This document shows, piece after piece, positions 1 through 9,197 of a stretch of 36,961 bases of DNA (its first letter is position 1; each line of letters begins with the position of its first letter). The position numbers and the translations under genes were made by a program. The stretch lies in sequence record DRR378314_2641. The stretch is one strand, 5' to 3'. The notes under the pieces are model-generated. The model saw only the letters and a list, made by a program, of their open reading frames with translations. It was not told the DNA's origin and ran no database searches.

Positions 1-29
1 GCGCCATTGTTCGTCAGAATGCTGGACAT
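1..29 (-). CDS. fliC: Flagellin, N-terminus only (runs off the window's left edge)
   Basis: Reverse strand reads ATG TCC AGC ATT CTG ACG AAC AAT GGC GC = MSSILTNNGA, a typical Rhodobacteraceae flagellin start; AAGAGGA RBS 8 nt upstream; lies downstream of flgJ-flgN. Confidence 0.85.
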
Positions 30-182
30 ATTAGTCATCCTCTTTGCGTTCGGGCGCCTTTGACGCCCATGTTGGACCCACCGGACCGGCAGGCATTCTG
101 TCGTTCTGACCTGTGCGTCGTCCCTTGCGGTCTTCGCGCCACCTGCTGTCTCAGGTGCATTCCAACATTTGGCAGTGATCCC

Positions 183-197
183 CTAACGGAGTGCTAA
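183..197. promoter_or_regulatory. Degenerate CtrA-like site upstream of flagellin
   Basis: CTAA-CGGAGTG-CTAA (TTAG-N7-TTAG on the minus strand) vs CtrA consensus TTAA-N7-TTAA; ~150 bp upstream of the flagellin ATG. Confidence 0.4.
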
Positions 198-239
198 GAT
201 GAACAAACCCAAAGCCTTGGATTTGAATTAAACCAGACG

Positions 240-587
240 CTATGCCCGTTTCTCTAGCTTCGCCTGCGGGCGCAGGGCATAGCCGTTCCGCTGCCCCGTC
301 GCATCATACGTGCTGAACTCCTGCCGCACGCGACGCAATTCCGACATGCGCTCCGCCACGGCGCGAATGCCTTCGGCCGCACTACTCAAAAGCGCTTGAT
401 TGCGCGCTACCTTCTGCTGAACGCGAACCAGATCACCGCTATTCATGACGGAAAGTTCGTTCAGCGCATCGATCAGGCTTTCCTTTTCAGGCACCAATCG
501 ATTCAGTTCGCCAAGATCTCCTTCAACCAACGCCACACGCTCTAGATCAAGCAGATCTTCCAGCGCTCTGATCGGGCTTTCATCCAT
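240..587 (-). CDS. flgN: Flagellar export chaperone FlgN-like
   Basis: 115 aa helical protein (LEDLLDLERVAL...RNQALL...STYDATG), between flgJ and flagellin. Confidence 0.8.
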   Translation of the reverse strand: MDESPIRALEDLLDLERVALVEGDLGELNRLVPEKESLIDALNELSVMNSGDLVRVQQKVARNQALLSSAAEGIRAVAERMSELRRVRQEFSTYDATGQRNGYALRPQAKLEKRA

Positions 588-852
588 CTGACTTCTCCAT
601 CATGGCGTTAAAAAGCACCTCTGACAGGCCAATGCCACCGGTCTGGGCCATCTGCCGGGCCTGCTGTTGGATCAGGAATGAGGAAAATTGATCCTCTCCC
701 GCTCCTCCTCCGAACGATTCCCGTGCCTGGCCGAGGCCTGCAGATTTCAACATTTCGGTGAGAAACGTGGCCTCAAGCTCGACCGAGGCCTCTCTCAGCC
801 TCTCTGCAACCAAAGCGGCCTGCGCCGTTGGTTCCGTCGCTGATATCATCAT
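580..852 (-). CDS. flgJ: Rod-binding (FlgJ N-domain only) protein, no muramidase domain
   Basis: LEATFLTEMLKSAG...FGGGAGEDQFSSFL...GGIGLSE rod-binding motif, 90 aa. Confidence 0.85.
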   Translation of the reverse strand: MMISATEPTAQAALVAERLREASVELEATFLTEMLKSAGLGQARESFGGGAGEDQFSSFLIQQQARQMAQTGGIGLSEVLFNAMMEKSDG

Positions 853-901
853 CGGATTCTCCGTAAATTGCTTCGAACTTTCATGATCAAAGAAGAAAGC
901 A

Positions 902-918
902 GTTAAAATAAACGTAAC
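902..918. promoter_or_regulatory. CtrA-like binding site in the divergent flgJ/fliK promoter region
   Basis: GTTAA-AATAAAC-GTAAC = TTAC-N7-TTAAC on the minus strand, one mismatch to TTAA-N7-TTAAC. Confidence 0.6.
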
Positions 919-965
919 TTCCTGCGGTCACAGTCCGGATCAGGCAAACAGAGCCGGAGCAAGAA

Positions 966-2195
966 ATGTCCAACCCGCTAACCATCATTACAGCCGCTAC
1001 GATAACAGGGCCCAAATCCGATGCGCCTCAGGGAGGTGAGCGGGAGGGCAAGGCCGGTTTTGCCTTTGAGGATGCGCTGAATGAAGAGCTTGAACTGAAT
1101 GAGTCCGAGAATTCCCTCACAGCCTTAGCCCAGCCGACAGAAATGACAGATCGAACAGATATCGAGATTATCGATCCTACTGAGGCCCTGGAAGACCCGC
1201 AGACCGAGACAGATGAATTGGTAGCGGAGAACCCTGATACTGGCTTGCTGCAATCGTCGGCATCACTCAACAACAAAACCCCAGTCGCCGAGGACAAGGC
1301 AGGCAGCACCGCTTCTCCTCAGTTCGTACAGCGGGCAAATCAAACCGTATCCCCAAACCGATTGGATCAAGGAAATCGTCCGCCAGCAGCACCTTCGATC
1401 TCCTCTCCCCCCCCTGAAAACCTGCATAGATTCCCAGTGCAGACTCAAGCTTTTGACAACTCAAAAAACCGGATTCCGGGACAGGCACCCATCCAACATG
1501 CAATGAGCCCCGAATCGGATGTACACTCGAAACGGATACGCGCCAAAATCGAAACCAGATACCATCTGGATACCGATGCGGCCAACATGCTAACCAACAA
1601 GCACGGCCTACAACAGCCAGTCGCAATCACCGCAAAGACCGTAATATCGGCGCAATTCGCGGGATTGGCTGCGATCGAACACCCCCACGACGCAGAACAA
1701 ACCCACGAACTTCACGATATCTCAGCGCTCAAAGAAATTTCATTGGGTTCCGGTCAGCGTGAGGCCTTGGCGACCGGCCCTGTTATACCCCCCCGCGTGG
1801 ATACCGCCCGCTCCATTGCCGGTCAGCTGGCCGCCGTCATCTCGGCAAGGCCCGGTGCACAGGGTGTGGACATCGCGCTGAACCCCGAGGAACTGGGCCG
1901 CGTATCGATCACATTCACCAGCCGAGAAGACGGATTGCACATGATGATCACGACTGAACGGCCAGAAACTCTTGACCTGATGCGCCGTCACATTGCGCTT
2001 TTGTCCGCCGAGTTTGAAAAGCTTGGATACGAAGGACTGTCGCTTGATCTGGGCATGTCCAACGACCCCTCTCAACAAGACGATCACTCGGAGTCTGGGG
2101 GATTCTTCGACACTCCGGAGGCAGTGGATTTTGACGCGCCTCGGACGCCAGTTACCCCAATCGGCCCCCAACGTGGCCTAGATGTAAGGCTTTGA
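966..2195 (+). CDS. fliK: Flagellar hook-length control protein
   Basis: Low-complexity N-terminus; C-terminal Flg_hook motif IALNPEELGRVSI...ERPETLDLMRRH; ends GLDVRL; precedes flgD. Confidence 0.9.
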   Translation: MSNPLTIITAATITGPKSDAPQGGEREGKAGFAFEDALNEELELNESENSLTALAQPTEMTDRTDIEIIDPTEALEDPQTETDELVAENPDTGLLQSSASLNNKTPVAEDKAGSTASPQFVQRANQTVSPNRLDQGNRPPAAPSISSPPPENLHRFPVQTQAFDNSKNRIPGQAPIQHAMSPESDVHSKRIRAKIETRYHLDTDAANMLTNKHGLQQPVAITAKTVISAQFAGLAAIEHPHDAEQTHELHDISALKEISLGSGQREALATGPVIPPRVDTARSIAGQLAAVISARPGAQGVDIALNPEELGRVSITFTSREDGLHMMITTERPETLDLMRRHIALLSAEFEKLGYEGLSLDLGMSNDPSQQDDHSESGGFFDTPEAVDFDAPRTPVTPIGPQRGLDVRL

Positions 2196-2198
2196 GCA

Positions 2199-2864
2199 AT
2201 GATTACTCCAACCAGTTCAACCGCGACCACAAATGTTGCATCGGGCGCAAGCGACGGTTCGCAGAGCTCGGCTTTGACATCCGATTTCGAAACCTTCCTT
2301 CGGATGCTGACGGTGCAGGCGCGAAATCAGGATCCGTTGGAGCCGCTGGATTCATCGGAATACGCCGCGCAGCTCGCACAGTTTTCGATGGTAGAACAAC
2401 AAGTAAAGGCGAACGAACTTTTGTCCGATCTGGCGTTGACATTAGGAGCGGTCAACCTGAACCAGCTTGCAAGCTGGGTGGGGATGGATGTTCAGGTTGC
2501 GGCACCATTTCGCTTTGATGAACGGCCAGTTCCGATCTTTGCCAACGCAGCACCTGAAGCAAACAGGGCAGAGCTTGTCATCCGCAACGATCAGGACGCC
2601 GTGGTTGACCGGATTACCGTGCCCGTCAACAATTCTGAATTTGAGTGGGCCGGTGTTGATGCCACAGGCAATGCTTATCCGGCGGGCACCTACTCGGCGA
2701 CACTCGCGAGTTTTAAGGGGGATAAATTGCTGACCGAGGCCCCCGCAACCGTATTCAGCCGCGTGATCGAGGCGCAAGTTGGCGAGGGCAAGATCATGTT
2801 AAAACTAGACAGTGGGGTTGAAGTATCTGCAGATAAGGTCACTCAGATTCGAACGGGTGCTTGA
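2199..2864 (+). CDS. flgD: Flagellar hook capping protein
   Basis: DFETFLRMLTVQARNQDPLEPLDSSEYAAQLAQFSMVEQ motif; FlgD Ig region FEWAGVDATG. Confidence 0.95.
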   Translation: MITPTSSTATTNVASGASDGSQSSALTSDFETFLRMLTVQARNQDPLEPLDSSEYAAQLAQFSMVEQQVKANELLSDLALTLGAVNLNQLASWVGMDVQVAAPFRFDERPVPIFANAAPEANRAELVIRNDQDAVVDRITVPVNNSEFEWAGVDATGNAYPAGTYSATLASFKGDKLLTEAPATVFSRVIEAQVGEGKIMLKLDSGVEVSADKVTQIRTGA

Positions 2865-3011
2865 ACTGTTGGACAACGCAGGTCAAAGCTGAGCAAACCC
2901 GACTCGCTGCTCAACCCGGTAACCCCTCTGTCTGACCATAGCCAACCCCCGCCAGATCTGGTTGCCCAGCTAGATGCCCAAGGGCTGATAGATGCCGGCG
3001 TTCGGTTTCAA

Positions 3012-3785
3012 GTGCTGTATGGCGGACGCACAAATCGGGTGTGGAAGGTATTGTCGGGTCGCAGCGACGCAGTGCTCAAGCTTTATAGTACGCCGTTTCA
3101 AAACCCTCTGTTTCGCAACGACGCTCAGCTCGAGGCCGATTGTCTGCGCGCGCTCAACAACACCGGCTATGTTCCCAACCTACGGGCGACAGGCTCATTC
3201 GGAGCGGCGAGTTGGGTCTATTACGATCATGCACCAGGCAATCCCTGGCGTGACGGGGTTGAAAGCGTCGCGACCTTGCTGCGGCACCTACATGGGCTTC
3301 CCATCGATCTGGAACTTCCCCAAGGCTGTAACGGCAGCGTTGACCTTAGAGAACAGGCTGAACAAATCTTGCTCGGTTGCCAGTCGGCTGAAAAGCAGCG
3401 GCTGACCGCACTAAGGCCTGAGGGGGTCGTGGAACCACTTGCTAACCGGCGTTTGATCCACGGCGATCCGGTGGCCGGCAACATCCTACAGTCTTCGACG
3501 GGCCTGACACTCATCGACTGGCAATGCCCAGCCTTGGGTGACCCGTGCGAAGATCTGGCTATATTCCTGTCCCCTGCGATGCAGCATCTCTATCGCGATG
3601 CGACGCTGTCGGAAGCAGAGGTCGCAAGCTTCCTTACAGCCTACGATCAGCGTGAAATCACCGAGCGTTATTTGCTGTTGCGTCCTTGGTTCAGCTGGCG
3701 AATGGCGGCTTATTGTCTGTGGCGGATCGAAAATGGATCACCCGACTATATCCCGGCCTTTGAACTGGAGATCAACGAACTATAG
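3012..3785 (+). CDS. APH/choline-kinase-family phosphotransferase (true start probably upstream of 3012)
   Basis: GGRTN glycine loop, HGDPVAGNIL Brenner motif, IDWQ metal-binding motif; frame is open back to 2865. Confidence 0.8.
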   Translation: MLYGGRTNRVWKVLSGRSDAVLKLYSTPFQNPLFRNDAQLEADCLRALNNTGYVPNLRATGSFGAASWVYYDHAPGNPWRDGVESVATLLRHLHGLPIDLELPQGCNGSVDLREQAEQILLGCQSAEKQRLTALRPEGVVEPLANRRLIHGDPVAGNILQSSTGLTLIDWQCPALGDPCEDLAIFLSPAMQHLYRDATLSEAEVASFLTAYDQREITERYLLLRPWFSWRMAAYCLWRIENGSPDYIPAFELEINEL

Positions 3786-5081
3786 ATCCGCCAACCCCAG
3801 CAGCGCATAGGCAGGTGGCATCAAGGCACGGCGCCATCTGCCCAGCGGAAAGCGCGTCGGCGGACGTTCAATTGGCAACGGAAGTTCACTGGGTTGCCCT
3901 AATGCCAATCGGGCCAGAGCACGCCCGCAATAGGTACCCATCGCCACACCATTGCCGTGGTAAGCAAACCCCGCAAACGCTCCGGCTTGTCCCGGAATCG
4001 GACCGGCAAAGGGTACAAGATCACGAGCCAGACAAACCATACCGGACCAGATATGTGTGACATCGATGGAGGCCCAGACCGGGAACAGTCGCCTGAAATC
4101 CCGCAATGCTTTTTGGCGAATACGTGCTTCGGCACCGGGCGACGACATTAGTCCTCCGCGCATTCCGAACAGAAACCGCCGATCCGGCATCAGCCGAAAA
4201 TAGTGAAGCAGATTGCGTGTGTCATACGCCATCTGATCCGAAGTCCACCCCTGCGCCTGCAATTCACCTTGTGACATGGCGCGCGTCACTAAGGCCGTGG
4301 ACTGCGTGGGCATATAACGCGCGGCCATCCACGGATGCAGATCCTCGCTGGAATACCCATTGGTACACAATAGGACCTTCGACGCCCGAACATGACCGGT
4401 AGCAGTATGCAGATTAAAGCCCTGCGTCGTCTTGCTGATTTTCTGGATCGCACTTTGCTGATACAGCCCCGCGCCCTTGGTCCGCGCAGCTTTGGCCAGT
4501 CCGAACAGGTATTTGCGAGGGTTCAGGCCAAAGCCGACGGGCGTGGTGTATCCACCAAAGAACGCGCCGCCCAACCCTAGGCCCGCCAATTCATGCTGTT
4601 CATGCAACTGGCCTTGGGCGTTCGAATTTCGACGCAATCGCTCCATCGCGCGTTTGGAATGGGCCAGTTGGGTTTCACCCCGAGAATGCCTGTCCGCATC
4701 TATTCCATGGCGCGTCAGAAGTTCGGAAACCAACAAAACCGCGTCTGTTTCGGCTTGAAAATAATTGTCTGCCCCCTTCTCTCCATAGCGATGCACAAGC
4801 GTGGTTTCACTTAGTTTCGAACCACCCAGACAGCAGAATCCACCGTTTCGCCCCGAGGCACCCCAGCCCGGGGATTCCGCCTCGAACACAGCAACTGATA
4901 CACCCGATTCCGCCAGATGAAGCGCGGCAGAAATGCCCGTGAAACCGCCTCCAATAATGGCGACATCGACACTCAACGCGCCGTGAAGAATTGACCAATT
5001 CGGAGCCTCAATTGTCTCATCCCACCAGCAGGTCGACCGGGGGGCGGAACTGTAGGCATAATCAGAATAGATCCGTTTCAT
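3780..5081 (-). CDS. FAD-dependent oxidoreductase, DAO family, PuuB-like (gamma-glutamyl-polyamine oxidase)
   Basis: GGGFTG dinucleotide motif, GASGRNGG, YHGNGV; last gene of the polyamine ABC operon. Confidence 0.8.
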   Translation of the reverse strand: MKRIYSDYAYSSAPRSTCWWDETIEAPNWSILHGALSVDVAIIGGGFTGISAALHLAESGVSVAVFEAESPGWGASGRNGGFCCLGGSKLSETTLVHRYGEKGADNYFQAETDAVLLVSELLTRHGIDADRHSRGETQLAHSKRAMERLRRNSNAQGQLHEQHELAGLGLGGAFFGGYTTPVGFGLNPRKYLFGLAKAARTKGAGLYQQSAIQKISKTTQGFNLHTATGHVRASKVLLCTNGYSSEDLHPWMAARYMPTQSTALVTRAMSQGELQAQGWTSDQMAYDTRNLLHYFRLMPDRRFLFGMRGGLMSSPGAEARIRQKALRDFRRLFPVWASIDVTHIWSGMVCLARDLVPFAGPIPGQAGAFAGFAYHGNGVAMGTYCGRALARLALGQPSELPLPIERPPTRFPLGRWRRALMPPAYALLGLADL

Positions 5082-5896
5082 TCAGTACGCGCCGCAGCCT
5101 GTTCATCCTGCTTTTGGCGCATCATAGCGCGTTTTGTCACCAACGATGCAGTAATGACGCCCACGGTAACAACCGCAATCATAAGCGTGGACAACGCGTT
5201 GATTTCAGGGCTGACACCGAGACGCACAGCCGAGAATATCTTGATCGGTAGTGTGGTGGCAGAAGGCCCGGACGTGAAAGACGCGATGACCAGATCATCC
5301 AACGACAAGGTGAACGCCAGCAACCAGCCGGACACCACGGCAGGTGCTATGATCGGCAATGTGACGAGGCGAAAGGCTTGTGAGGACGAGCATCCCAGAT
5401 CCAGCGCGGCCTCCTCCAACGACTGATCAAACGTGACAAGGCGCGATGAGACAACGACCGAAACGAAGCACATCGAAAAGGTCGTATGCGCCAGCACGAT
5501 CGTCAAGATACCACGATCCAACCCAATCCCGATGAAGAGTAGCAGCAGCGACAGGCCTGTGATCACCTCGGGCATCACCAGCGGCGCGTAGATCATCCCA
5601 GAAAACAGCGTGCGGCCAAAGAACCGACCACCTCGGACCAGAACATATGCCGCGGCAGTTCCAAGGATCGTCGCCAATGTGGATGAAAAAACTGCGACGC
5701 GCAGTGTAACCCATGCAGCATCCAGAAATGCCTCGTTCTGAACAAGCTCGCCATACCATTTGGTAGAAAATCCGGCCCAAACGGTGACCAGTTTACTTTC
5801 GTTGAAACTGAAGATGATCAGGATGATCATCGGGATGTACAGAAAGGCGAACCCCAGCGTCAGTGAGACTGTGTTGAACCAGCTGAGCTTGTTCAT
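5078..5896 (-). CDS. potI: Polyamine ABC transporter permease (PotI/PotC type)
   Basis: FLYIP..SFN, EEAALDLG EAA motif, FTLSLDD, GVSPEINAL. Confidence 0.88.
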   Translation of the reverse strand: MNKLSWFNTVSLTLGFAFLYIPMIILIIFSFNESKLVTVWAGFSTKWYGELVQNEAFLDAAWVTLRVAVFSSTLATILGTAAAYVLVRGGRFFGRTLFSGMIYAPLVMPEVITGLSLLLLFIGIGLDRGILTIVLAHTTFSMCFVSVVVSSRLVTFDQSLEEAALDLGCSSSQAFRLVTLPIIAPAVVSGWLLAFTLSLDDLVIASFTSGPSATTLPIKIFSAVRLGVSPEINALSTLMIAVVTVGVITASLVTKRAMMRQKQDEQAAARTE

Positions 5897-6783
5897 TGTT
5901 CAGCCTCCGTCTGTTTTTGCTGGTTCCGCTGAAACAGCACGATCGGAATCACGAGGATCAGCAACAGAACCACTGCCACGGCACTGGCAACTGGCCAATC
6001 GCGGTTTGAGAAGAATTCCTCCCACAACACCTTGCCGATCATCAACGTTCCTGATCCGCCCAGAAGCGATGGGATCACGAATTCACCGATCACCGGGATC
6101 ATCACCAGAAAACAGCCGGCGATAATACCCGGGCGCGACAAAGGGATCGTCACCAGCCAAAAGGCTTGTAAGCGCGAACACCCAAGGTCTTCGGCGGCTT
6201 CGATCAGCGAACCGTCCATCCGTTCAAGCGACGAATAGATCGGTAAAATCATGAACGGAAGATAGGTGTAGACGATGCCGATATAGACCGCCGTATTGGT
6301 GTTTAGAATCGTCAACGGTGTTGAAATGATCCCGGTCCACAGCAGCAGCTGGTTCAGATATCCTTCGTTACTGAGGATACCCATCCACGCATAGACCCGG
6401 ATCAGAAACGACGTCCAGAAGGGCAAGATGACCAGCATCATAAGGGTCGGCCGCCACTCTTCGGGTGCACGGGCCATCGCATAGGCAATAGGATACCCGA
6501 CAATCAGAGTGAAAATAGTGGAGATCAAGGCGATCTTGACGGAAGACAGATAAGCCTTCCAGTAAAGATCGTCTTCAGTCAGCCAGATGAAATTCTCCAG
6601 ATCAAGCTGGCTAAAGAATTCCTTGATACCTGCCCAACCCGCAGACAAGTCCAGCGTTGGCGTGTAAGGTGGAATGGCAAGGTCGGTGTCCGAAAGTGAG
6701 ATCTTCAGAACTATGAAGAAGGGCACCAGAAACAGCGCCAGCAGCCATACGTAGGGGATGGCGATCAGAAAAGCCCGGCGCAT
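5893..6783 (-). CDS. potH: Polyamine ABC transporter permease (PotH/PotB type)
   Basis: LPFWTSFLIRVYAW, EAAEDLG, RDWPVASA; ATG at 6783 overlaps the ATPase stop. Confidence 0.88.
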   Translation of the reverse strand: MRRAFLIAIPYVWLLALFLVPFFIVLKISLSDTDLAIPPYTPTLDLSAGWAGIKEFFSQLDLENFIWLTEDDLYWKAYLSSVKIALISTIFTLIVGYPIAYAMARAPEEWRPTLMMLVILPFWTSFLIRVYAWMGILSNEGYLNQLLLWTGIISTPLTILNTNTAVYIGIVYTYLPFMILPIYSSLERMDGSLIEAAEDLGCSRLQAFWLVTIPLSRPGIIAGCFLVMIPVIGEFVIPSLLGGSGTLMIGKVLWEEFFSNRDWPVASAVAVVLLLILVIPIVLFQRNQQKQTEAEQ

Positions 6784-7910
6784 CAGTTTTCCAGCAAAAC
6801 CGCGGCCGTCGCTGTCCAGGACAGCCAGACCGGGTCTTCCCACGTGAAGGAACGGCGCGAGATGCGACGGGTATTTGCCGTTTGCGCCTTGATCATCGTA
6901 CCGTTTGGCAGTTCGACATGATAGGTCGACAGATTGCCCAGATAAGCTATGTCATGCACCTTGCCTTGAATGGCATTGATCGCATCTGTTGGGCGCTCGG
7001 CAGAGATGGCCACCTTCTCGGGCCGGATCGCCACGTGGCAGCTCTGGCCATTGGACAGCGCTGTCGCGGATGTGGCCGTAAGCGGAGGCTGCCCGTCGGC
7101 CCAATCGATTTGATAGCTTTCATCTCCCTGCGCGGTGGCACGCCCTTCGATGATGTTCACATCTCCAATGAAATCAGCCACATATACCGAATTCGGCGTC
7201 TCATAGATGCGATCCGGCGTCGCCACCTGCATCAGTTTGCCCTGATCCATGACGGCCACCCGGCTGGCAACCGTCATCGCCTCTTCCTGATCGTGCGTCA
7301 CGATGACAAAGGTCGTGCCCGTCTTTTCCTGAATATCCATCAACTCAAACTGAGTGTCCTGACGCAGTTTCTTATCAAGCGCACCCAAAGGCTCATCCAG
7401 AAGCAGCAGTTTTGGCGCCTTGGCCAGCGACCGGGCGAGTGCCACACGTTGGCGCTGACCACCCGAGATCTGGTGCGGCTTGCGACGTGCAAATTGCTCC
7501 AGCCGGGTGAGGCGCAGCATCTCTTCCACACGCTCTTCCAGATCACGCTTGGACATTTTGTCCCGGCGCAGGCCAAAGGCGATGTTGTCCCAGATGCTGA
7601 GATGCGGAAACAAAGCGTAGGACTGAAACATCATGTTCACAGCCCGCTTGTTGGGCGGAATCGGGTCGATATCCTGCCCTCCCAGAAGAATATGGCCTGC
7701 GGTCGGGGTTTCAAAACCAGCCAGCATGCGCATCATCGTGGTCTTGCCACAACCCGAAGGGCCAAGCAGAGCAAAGAATTCTTGCTCATAGATGTCCAGC
7801 GAAAGATCGTCGATTGCCGTGAATGCACCAAAGCGTTTGGTGACGTTCTGGAACTGGATCAAGGGTTTCGCCTGCGGGTCCTCCCACGGCGCAAATACGT
7901 CAGAGTTCAA
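6783..7910 (-). CDS. potG: Polyamine ABC transporter ATPase (PotG/PotA type)
   Basis: Walker A GPSGCGKT, ISGGQRQR signature, LLLLDEP, C-terminal TOBE region; TTG start. Confidence 0.9.
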   Translation of the reverse strand: MNSDVFAPWEDPQAKPLIQFQNVTKRFGAFTAIDDLSLDIYEQEFFALLGPSGCGKTTMMRMLAGFETPTAGHILLGGQDIDPIPPNKRAVNMMFQSYALFPHLSIWDNIAFGLRRDKMSKRDLEERVEEMLRLTRLEQFARRKPHQISGGQRQRVALARSLAKAPKLLLLDEPLGALDKKLRQDTQFELMDIQEKTGTTFVIVTHDQEEAMTVASRVAVMDQGKLMQVATPDRIYETPNSVYVADFIGDVNIIEGRATAQGDESYQIDWADGQPPLTATSATALSNGQSCHVAIRPEKVAISAERPTDAINAIQGKVHDIAYLGNLSTYHVELPNGTMIKAQTANTRRISRRSFTWEDPVWLSWTATAAVLLEN

Positions 7911-7936
7911 AGCGACCCCCGTTTATCGGTCAGGAT

Positions 7937-7971
7937 AAGAAAAACGCAAGGCAGTCAGTCTGCCTTGCGTT
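7937..7971 (-). terminator. Intra-operonic hairpin/terminator after the substrate-binding protein gene
   Basis: 12-bp stem AACGCAAGGCAG / CTGCCTTGCGTT with 5-nt loop, running into a U-rich tract on the minus strand. Confidence 0.7.
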
Positions 7972-7980
7972 ACCATCAGA

Positions 7981-9066
7981 TCAGGTGCCTGATTTCACTT
8001 TGGTCCAAAGACGCGTCACCACCCGTTGGATCTTTGCCGGATAGGGCGTGGTGATATAGAGGTTCTGCATCGTCGTTTCGTCCGGATAGATTGCCGGATC
8101 GCCTATTACGTCCTCTTCCAGGAACTCCTGCGAGGCCTGATTGCCGTTGGCATAATAAACATAGTTCGACGCGGCAGCCATGTTGTTGGCATCCAGAATG
8201 AAGTTCAGGAACTTATGTGCGCCTTCCGGGTTCGGGGCATCGATAGGTATCGCCATCTGGTCAAACCACATCAGTGATCCTTCCGCAAAGGGGTGGTATT
8301 CGATGACCACGCCATTATCCGCCTCATCAGCGCGGTCGCGGGCCTGCAGAATATCGCCCGACCAACCCACGGCCACGCAGATATCACCGTTGGCAAGCGC
8401 ATTGATGTATTCCGAACTGTGGAATTTCTGAATATGCGGACGCACGCCGGTCAGTACCTCTTCGGCCTTCTCGATCACGTCCTTGTCATGGCTGTCCGGG
8501 TCCTCGCCGATATACTGGAGCACCATCGGAATGATCTCGGCAGGCGCGTCCAGGAAATGAACCCCGCACGAGGCCAGCTTTTCCATGTTCTCGGGCTTCA
8601 GCACAAGGTCCATGCTGTTAAGCGCAACATCGTCGCCTAATACCTCTTTGACTTTGTCGACATTTACGCCGAGACCGGTTGTCCCCCACATATAGTTGAT
8701 CGAGTATGCGTTTTTGGGGTCATAGCCCGCAGTACGCTCCTGAATCACGTCCCACAGGTTCCCCGCATTCGACAGCTTGGCGGCGTCGAGTTCCTGGAAT
8801 GCGCCGGCCTGAATCTGGCGTTGCAAAAACGTCCCCGAAGGCACCACGACGTCATACCCCGACCCTCCGGCCAGCATCTTGGTTTCCAGAACCTCGTTGC
8901 TGTCAAACACATCGTAGATCAGGGTCAGGCCCGTCTCACTTTCGAATTTGCTCAGCAGTTCTTCGTCAATGTAGTCGGACCAGTTATAGACACGCACCTC
9001 TTCGGCAAACGCGGCCGAAGTCCCCAATGCGACAACCGCTGCCGTCCCCAGCGTTTTCAGTTTCAT
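7981..9066 (-). CDS. potF: Polyamine ABC transporter substrate-binding protein (PotF/PotD type)
   Basis: Signal peptide MKLKTLG...AFA, VYNWSDYI, YDVFDSNE, YMWGTTG, GWSGD, WFDQMAIP; GGGAGAG RBS. Confidence 0.9.
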   Translation of the reverse strand: MKLKTLGTAAVVALGTSAAFAEEVRVYNWSDYIDEELLSKFESETGLTLIYDVFDSNEVLETKMLAGGSGYDVVVPSGTFLQRQIQAGAFQELDAAKLSNAGNLWDVIQERTAGYDPKNAYSINYMWGTTGLGVNVDKVKEVLGDDVALNSMDLVLKPENMEKLASCGVHFLDAPAEIIPMVLQYIGEDPDSHDKDVIEKAEEVLTGVRPHIQKFHSSEYINALANGDICVAVGWSGDILQARDRADEADNGVVIEYHPFAEGSLMWFDQMAIPIDAPNPEGAHKFLNFILDANNMAAASNYVYYANGNQASQEFLEEDVIGDPAIYPDETTMQNLYITTPYPAKIQRVVTRLWTKVKSGT

Positions 9067-9105
9067 GTTACTCTCCCTGCAACTGTGCGGCCATTTTGAC
9101 CTTTT

Positions 9106-9120
9106 TTTGGATTTGATCAA
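9106..9120. promoter_or_regulatory. Putative GntR operator copy 1 (TTTGGATTTGATCAA)
   Basis: 15-bp sequence repeated exactly at 9206-9220; contains the palindrome TTGATCAA. Confidence 0.6.
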
Positions 9121-9197
9121 GTTTTGCGTTTCGACGCAGTTTCACTTATGGTTGGGACGGGTGTAGAATCCAGCAAGATAGAAACACGCGCATTGGG

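Noticed and set aside
6882-8054. 390-aa + strand ORF antisense to the ABC ATPase (also 22737-23621, 31075-31941, 16445-17194)
   Set aside because: Shadow ORFs opposite well-conserved genes in GC-rich DNA; no motifs or RBS
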